Made by a program: the position numbers and the translations under genes. Below are positions 28,324 through 32,750 of a DNA stretch of 32,750 bases, piece after piece; within the stretch, counting starts at the first letter, position 1, and each line of letters begins with the position of its first letter. The stretch covers positions 1-32,750 of the forward strand of contig CABUUE010000001.1 of assembly GCA_902494685.1 (NCBI GenBank). Reading direction: 5' to 3'. The notes under the pieces were generated by a model. It had not been told where the DNA came from, made no database searches, and worked only from the letters and a program-made list of their open reading frames with translations. This DNA comes from an uncultured Collinsella sp. Its GTDB lineage: Bacteria; Actinomycetota; Coriobacteriia; Coriobacteriales; Coriobacteriaceae.

Positions 28324-31211
28324 TCGAGGACGCGGTTTCGTCAGGAACGCCGCAGTTTGTCATCGACTCCTATGCCACGCTTGCCGAACGCGCCAAAACG
28401 CAGTCCTTCGGCCTTATCGAGGAAGATGTGATCGTCCTCGATACCGAGACCACAGGTCTTTCGGTGCAGGACAACGAGCTGATCGAGATCTCGGCGGCCC
28501 GTCTTTCGGGCCGCGAGATCGTCGACCGCTTCGATACCTTCGTGCATCCCAAGCAGCTGATTCCCGCCGAGATTACCGAGCTCACGAGCATTACAAATAC
28601 CGATGTGGCAGATGCCCCGTCGGCCGTTGAGGCCGTCGCCGCTCTCGCCGATTTTGTCGGTGGTTGCCCGGTGATCGCACATAACGCCACGTTCGACCGC
28701 TCGTTTATCGAGTCGGTCAAAGGCGGCGTCAACGTGAGCGATATTTGGATCGATTCGCTGGCACTGTCGCGCATCGCGCTTCCGCGCCTGGCCTCGCACA
28801 AGCTGTCTTTTATGGCCGATCTGTTTGGCTGTGACTCGGTATCACACCGTGCCAATGCCGACGTCGACGCCCTGTGTGGCGTATGGCGCGTGTTGCTCGT
28901 GGCACTCACCGACTTGCCCCAGGGCCTCATGGCGCGCCTAGCCGACATGCATCCGGACGTGCCTTGGTCCTATCGTCCAATCTTCTCATTCTTGGCGGGG
29001 CAGAACCCTGGTTCTATCTTCTCTCTCAGCGCCGCTCGTGCTGACGTTCTCAAGGCCGATCGCGCCGACGATCGGGTGGACGCCGACGAACTGCCGGTAC
29101 TCAAGATGCCGAGTCGTGAGGAGATTGAGGCAGACTATGCGCCAGGTGGCCTGGTCAATCGCATGTACCCCACTTACGAGCCGCGTGATGAGCAGATCGC
29201 GATGGCGCTCGAGGTCCGCGATGCGCTGGTCACGGGCACTCATCGTGTAATTGAGGCGGGCACGGGCGTCGGCAAATCGATGGCCTATCTGGTACCTTTT
29301 GCCGAGGCAGCGCGCCGTAACAACATCACGGTTGGTATTGCGACCAAATCGAACAATCTTGCCGACCAGCTCATGTACCATGAGCTGCCAAAACTTGCCG
29401 AGCAACTGGACGGTGGTCTGTCATTTTGCGCTCTCAAGGGGTATGACCACTATCCGTGCCTGCGCAAGCTTGAGCGCATGAGCCGCGGCCAGGTCGAGAT
29501 TACCACCAAGCGCGATCCGGCGGACACGCTCACGGCGGTCGCGGTCATTATGGCGTACGTCTGCCAATCAGCCGATGGCGACCTCGACTCGCTTGGCATT
29601 CGGTGGCGCAGCGTCAACCGCCCCGACTTTACGACGGCCTCGCGCGAGTGTGCTCGTCGCCTCTGCCCGTTTTTCCCTGATAAATGTTTGGTCCACGGTG
29701 CTCGCCGTCGTGCGGCGCATGCCGATGTGGTGGTCACCAACCATTCCCTGCTGTTCCGCAATGTCGCGGCCGAGGGCAGGATTTTGCCTCCGATTCGTCA
29801 TTGGGTAATCGACGAGGCTCATTCTATCGAGCGCGAGGCGCGCCGTCAGTGGGCGCGCGTGGTGTCGGCGGACGAATCACGCGTTCTGTTTGAGCGCCTG
29901 GGTGGCTCGAGCACCGGTGCGCTAAGCCAGGTCTCCCGTGATTTGGCAACCTCCGAGGGCTCTACGCTCTATTTGGGCCTTACTGCCAAGGCGACGTCGA
30001 CGGTTGCGCGCGCGAGCATGGCAATCGCCGACGTGTTCGATGGCGTTCGCGAGCTCGGCAGCCGTGCCCGTGGGGGTTATGACAATGCCAATCTATGGAT
30101 TGGCCCCGAGCTGCGCGAATCTGACGACTGGCATGATTTCTTACAGTCGGCCTACACTGCCATCGACGCATTGGAACAAGCTGACAAGAGCGTCGACGCG
30201 CTGGTGCAAGCCGTCGCCGCCGACAAGCCCGAGGTTGTTGTCGACCTGGGCGATATTTCGCGCCGCCTGCACGAGCTGACCGAGAACCTCAAGCTCATCA
30301 TTGATGGCACCGATGAACACTACGTGTATTCGCTGCAAGTCAATCGCAGGCTGCGTGCCGGCGGAGAGTCAATGACCGCAGAGCGCATCGACATTGGCGA
30401 GGCCTTGGCAACCGAGTGGCTGCCCGAGGTTCACACGGCTATCTTTGCCTCGGCGACCATGACGGTGTCCAAAAGCTTTGAACACTTTAACCACGCGGTC
30501 GGTCTCGATCGCATCGGTGCTTCAACATCCTCATCGTTGCACTTGGACTCGAGCTACGACTTCGATTCGAACATGGCTGTAGTCGTTGCGGGCGATATCC
30601 CCGATCCGCGCGATCGCGAGAGCTATCTTACGGCGCTCGAGCGCGTGCTGGTCGACGCCCATCTTGCCATGGGCGGATCGGTGCTCACACTGTTCACCAA
30701 TCGGCGCGACATGGAAGACCTGTACGCCCGCGTTGAGCCCAAGATGGCCCGTGCGGGTCTGGAGCTCAACTGCCAGCAGCGCAACTCATCTCCTCGTCGC
30801 CTGCGCGACCGGTTTATCAACGAGCCGACCTCGTCGCTTTTTGCGCTTAAGGCCTTCTGGGAGGGGTTTGACGCCAGCGGCGAGACGCTGCGTTGCGTCA
30901 TCATTCCCAAGCTGCCGTTCTCGAGCCCCACGGACCCGCTCTCGTGCGAGCGCAACCTGCGCGAAGACCGCGCTTGGGCGCGCTATTCGCTGCCCGAGGC
31001 GGTGCTCGAGGTTAAGCAGGCGGCCGGCCGCCTTATCCGCTCGTCGACCGATTGCGGCGTGCTGATTCTGGCCGACCCGCGCCTGGTGACGAAGGGCTAC
31101 GGAAAGAAGTTCTTAACGTCGCTGCCCACGAGCTCCTACCAGCGCATCGAATCGGCGCAGATCGGTCACTATCTGCAACTGTGGCGCGCACGTCACGAGC
31201 GGCGGCGCTAA
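28317..31211 (+). CDS. dinG: DEDDh 3'-5' exonuclease fused to a DinG-family helicase
   Basis: Exonuclease motifs VLDTETTG, AHNATFD and HRANADV. Helicase motifs EAGTGVGKS, IDEAH, SATMT and QAAGRLIRS. Four candidate Fe-S Cys. Confidence 0.9.
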   Translation: MLIEDAVSSGTPQFVIDSYATLAERAKTQSFGLIEEDVIVLDTETTGLSVQDNELIEISAARLSGREIVDRFDTFVHPKQLIPAEITELTSITNTDVADAPSAVEAVAALADFVGGCPVIAHNATFDRSFIESVKGGVNVSDIWIDSLALSRIALPRLASHKLSFMADLFGCDSVSHRANADVDALCGVWRVLLVALTDLPQGLMARLADMHPDVPWSYRPIFSFLAGQNPGSIFSLSAARADVLKADRADDRVDADELPVLKMPSREEIEADYAPGGLVNRMYPTYEPRDEQIAMALEVRDALVTGTHRVIEAGTGVGKSMAYLVPFAEAARRNNITVGIATKSNNLADQLMYHELPKLAEQLDGGLSFCALKGYDHYPCLRKLERMSRGQVEITTKRDPADTLTAVAVIMAYVCQSADGDLDSLGIRWRSVNRPDFTTASRECARRLCPFFPDKCLVHGARRRAAHADVVVTNHSLLFRNVAAEGRILPPIRHWVIDEAHSIEREARRQWARVVSADESRVLFERLGGSSTGALSQVSRDLATSEGSTLYLGLTAKATSTVARASMAIADVFDGVRELGSRARGGYDNANLWIGPELRESDDWHDFLQSAYTAIDALEQADKSVDALVQAVAADKPEVVVDLGDISRRLHELTENLKLIIDGTDEHYVYSLQVNRRLRAGGESMTAERIDIGEALATEWLPEVHTAIFASATMTVSKSFEHFNHAVGLDRIGASTSSSLHLDSSYDFDSNMAVVVAGDIPDPRDRESYLTALERVLVDAHLAMGGSVLTLFTNRRDMEDLYARVEPKMARAGLELNCQQRNSSPRRLRDRFINEPTSSLFALKAFWEGFDASGETLRCVIIPKLPFSSPTDPLSCERNLREDRAWARYSLPEAVLEVKQAAGRLIRSSTDCGVLILADPRLVTKGYGKKFLTSLPTSSYQRIESAQIGHYLQLWRARHERRR

Positions 31212-32125
31212 AGCGGACAGACGAGGGTTTTTGCCATATCGCACAGACGCTTTGACAGGGCGGGGTCATCCAAGATGCGGATGGCTCCGCCCGCTGCGAT
31301 TACCTGGCTCAGTAGCCAACGCTCGGAGCCGTAATGCACGGTTACCGTTGCCATGTCTGCCCCGCTGCGCTCGATTAGGGTGATGCCGGCCCAGTCCAGA
31401 TGCTCCGCCATATCGAATGGCATCAAGAGCTTTGCGGTACGCTGCGTCCGGGCAAGGGAATCGTGGAGGGATGCGACGCCCGGTGTGTGAGGCACGACGG
31501 AGTCTTCCGTCAAGGTGAGTCCCTCGATTTTATCCATGCGATAGGTGCGCTGCTCATCGACCGCGATGTCCCAGGCAATCAGGTATGTTTGGTCGCCGTT
31601 TGCCGTAATGCGCAAGGGGTCGACCAGACGCTCGCGTGGCCGCGCATCGTCCATCGAGCGATACGAGATGCGGCAACGAACACCGTCCTGAATGGCGCAG
31701 CTCAGCTGCTGCCAGTGCGACCCGTGGTTGACGGTGTCAAAGACGCGCTGGTTATAGCCGAGCTCTTCGGGCAGAAGGGCATGTCGAATCCGAGCTGCCG
31801 TCTGCGGCTCGATCCCCAACGATTCAAGTTCATGGTTGAGCACGGCGCCCTCGGCGGCACTCAGGCGCAACGGTAGCACGCGCCCGGCGTCACCAGTGAG
31901 GGCCACGCGCTCGCCGCGGCATTCGCAGATGATGCGCGCGCCCGATTCTCGGTCCGCGAGCGTCGAGACGATCTCGAGAATCTCGTCGAGCGATACTCCC
32001 GTGATGTCAAAGCGGCCGCAAATTTCGGTTCGTGTCATGCCGCTCTCGCCGGCGGCGTAGAGGGCCTCCATGATGTCGATGGCGCGCGAGAGTCTCTGCT
32101 CGCTGGTGAGTTTACGCACGGGCAT
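31208..32125 (-). CDS. HTH-WYL-WCX transcriptional regulator (PafC-like)
   Basis: N-terminal wHTH, PLRLSAAEGAVL, YRS..RERLVDPLRI...YLIAWD...RTYRMDKI and a C-terminal WCX-like region. Probable ATG at 32125. Confidence 0.85.
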   Translation of the reverse strand: MPVRKLTSEQRLSRAIDIMEALYAAGESGMTRTEICGRFDITGVSLDEILEIVSTLADRESGARIICECRGERVALTGDAGRVLPLRLSAAEGAVLNHELESLGIEPQTAARIRHALLPEELGYNQRVFDTVNHGSHWQQLSCAIQDGVRCRISYRSMDDARPRERLVDPLRITANGDQTYLIAWDIAVDEQRTYRMDKIEGLTLTEDSVVPHTPGVASLHDSLARTQRTAKLLMPFDMAEHLDWAGITLIERSGADMATVTVHYGSERWLLSQVIAAGGAIRILDDPALSKRLCDMAKTLVCPL

Positions 32126-32750
32126 GCTCGTGCACCGTCCTTTCAATGAGGTGGTTCCACGCCTGCTTGAGCGATTTGGGGGCCATGGGCCTCATGCCGT
32201 CCATGGCGTGGGCCATGCAAAATGAGGCGGCGGCTTCAAGGTCGCGCACGTCAACGGTCCAGATCCATCCCGCATCGGTGTGTGCGAGCTCACCTCGCCC
32301 GCGCGTGAGGCCGTTGATCATATCGATCTGCGTCTGAGGGGCGAACGAGAACGTGGCTGCAACGGGCGGTCGGTCGGCGAAATCGAATTCAAAGAACAGA
32401 TAGTCGTTGAGATTGAAGTCCGCAGGGATGGCGTAGGCCTTCGAAGGACGCCAAGCGCGAACGATACGGTCGCAGCGGAATGTCCTGATGTCGTCGGTGA
32501 CATTGTCGAGGCCGCAGAAGTACGCCACGCCCTCGCGTTCGAACATGCCGTAGACACAGACGGTACGTTCTTTCTGCTCGCCGCGTCCGTTCTGATATAA
32601 AAATCGCAGCGCGCATCGCTCGGCAAAGGCGCTCCATACCGCATCGACGGTGGGAGAGCGGCGGATCGGTACTTCGTCCACCGCCGACATGCCGGTGAGG
32701 TAGGCAATTTTGGAGCGAATATCGGCAAGCGGCGCGGCAAAGGTGGAAGA
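32112..32750 (-). CDS. WYL-domain regulator (PafB-like), 3' part; the 5' end lies outside the window
   Basis: FLYQNGRG...YFCGLD...IRTFRCDRI...YAIPADFNL. The frame is open to the window edge (SSTFAAPLADIRSKIAYLTGM...) and overlaps the next WYL gene. Confidence 0.85.
   Translation of the reverse strand, partial: SSTFAAPLADIRSKIAYLTGMSAVDEVPIRRSPTVDAVWSAFAERCALRFLYQNGRGEQKERTVCVYGMFEREGVAYFCGLDNVTDDIRTFRCDRIVRAWRPSKAYAIPADFNLNDYLFFEFDFADRPPVAATFSFAPQTQIDMINGLTRGRGELAHTDAGWIWTVDVRDLEAAASFCMAHAMDGMRPMAPKSLKQAWNHLIERTVHEHARA

Overview
This is the chromosomal replication-origin region of a high-GC Coriobacteriia-type actinobacterium (Collinsella-like; the taxon is inferred from gene order and composition). 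Left to right: the 5' part of a type III glutamine synthetase (- strand, absent from the ORF track); a methionine operon (metF, stand-alone B12 activation domain, metH) interrupted by a ~2.2-kb AT-richer C5-methyltransferase + DUF4928 cassette; a DUF711/PFL-family gene; gyrA-gyrB-dciA-recF-dnaN-oriC-dnaA; rpmH-rnpA-yidD-yidC-jag-rsmG-parS x3-parA-parB-small ORF; rlmN; ddl and an exonuclease-DinG helicase; and a convergent pair of WYL regulators. The most unusual element is an uncharacterised gene directly upstream of dnaA. It encodes a GHKL ATPase, a Q/P/Y-rich prion-like linker and a wHTH. It sits between clusters of a non-canonical DnaA box (TTTTCAACA), and copies of that box also lie inside its Q-rich coding sequence. 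The DnaA DNA-binding signature is correspondingly altered. Other highlights are a GyrA Ser83-equivalent Phe, parS sites at an exact 39-bp period, a parS-like site inside dnaA, a repeated 13-bp palindrome flanking the par locus, a GlnR-type box array, and nested-hairpin intergenic elements.
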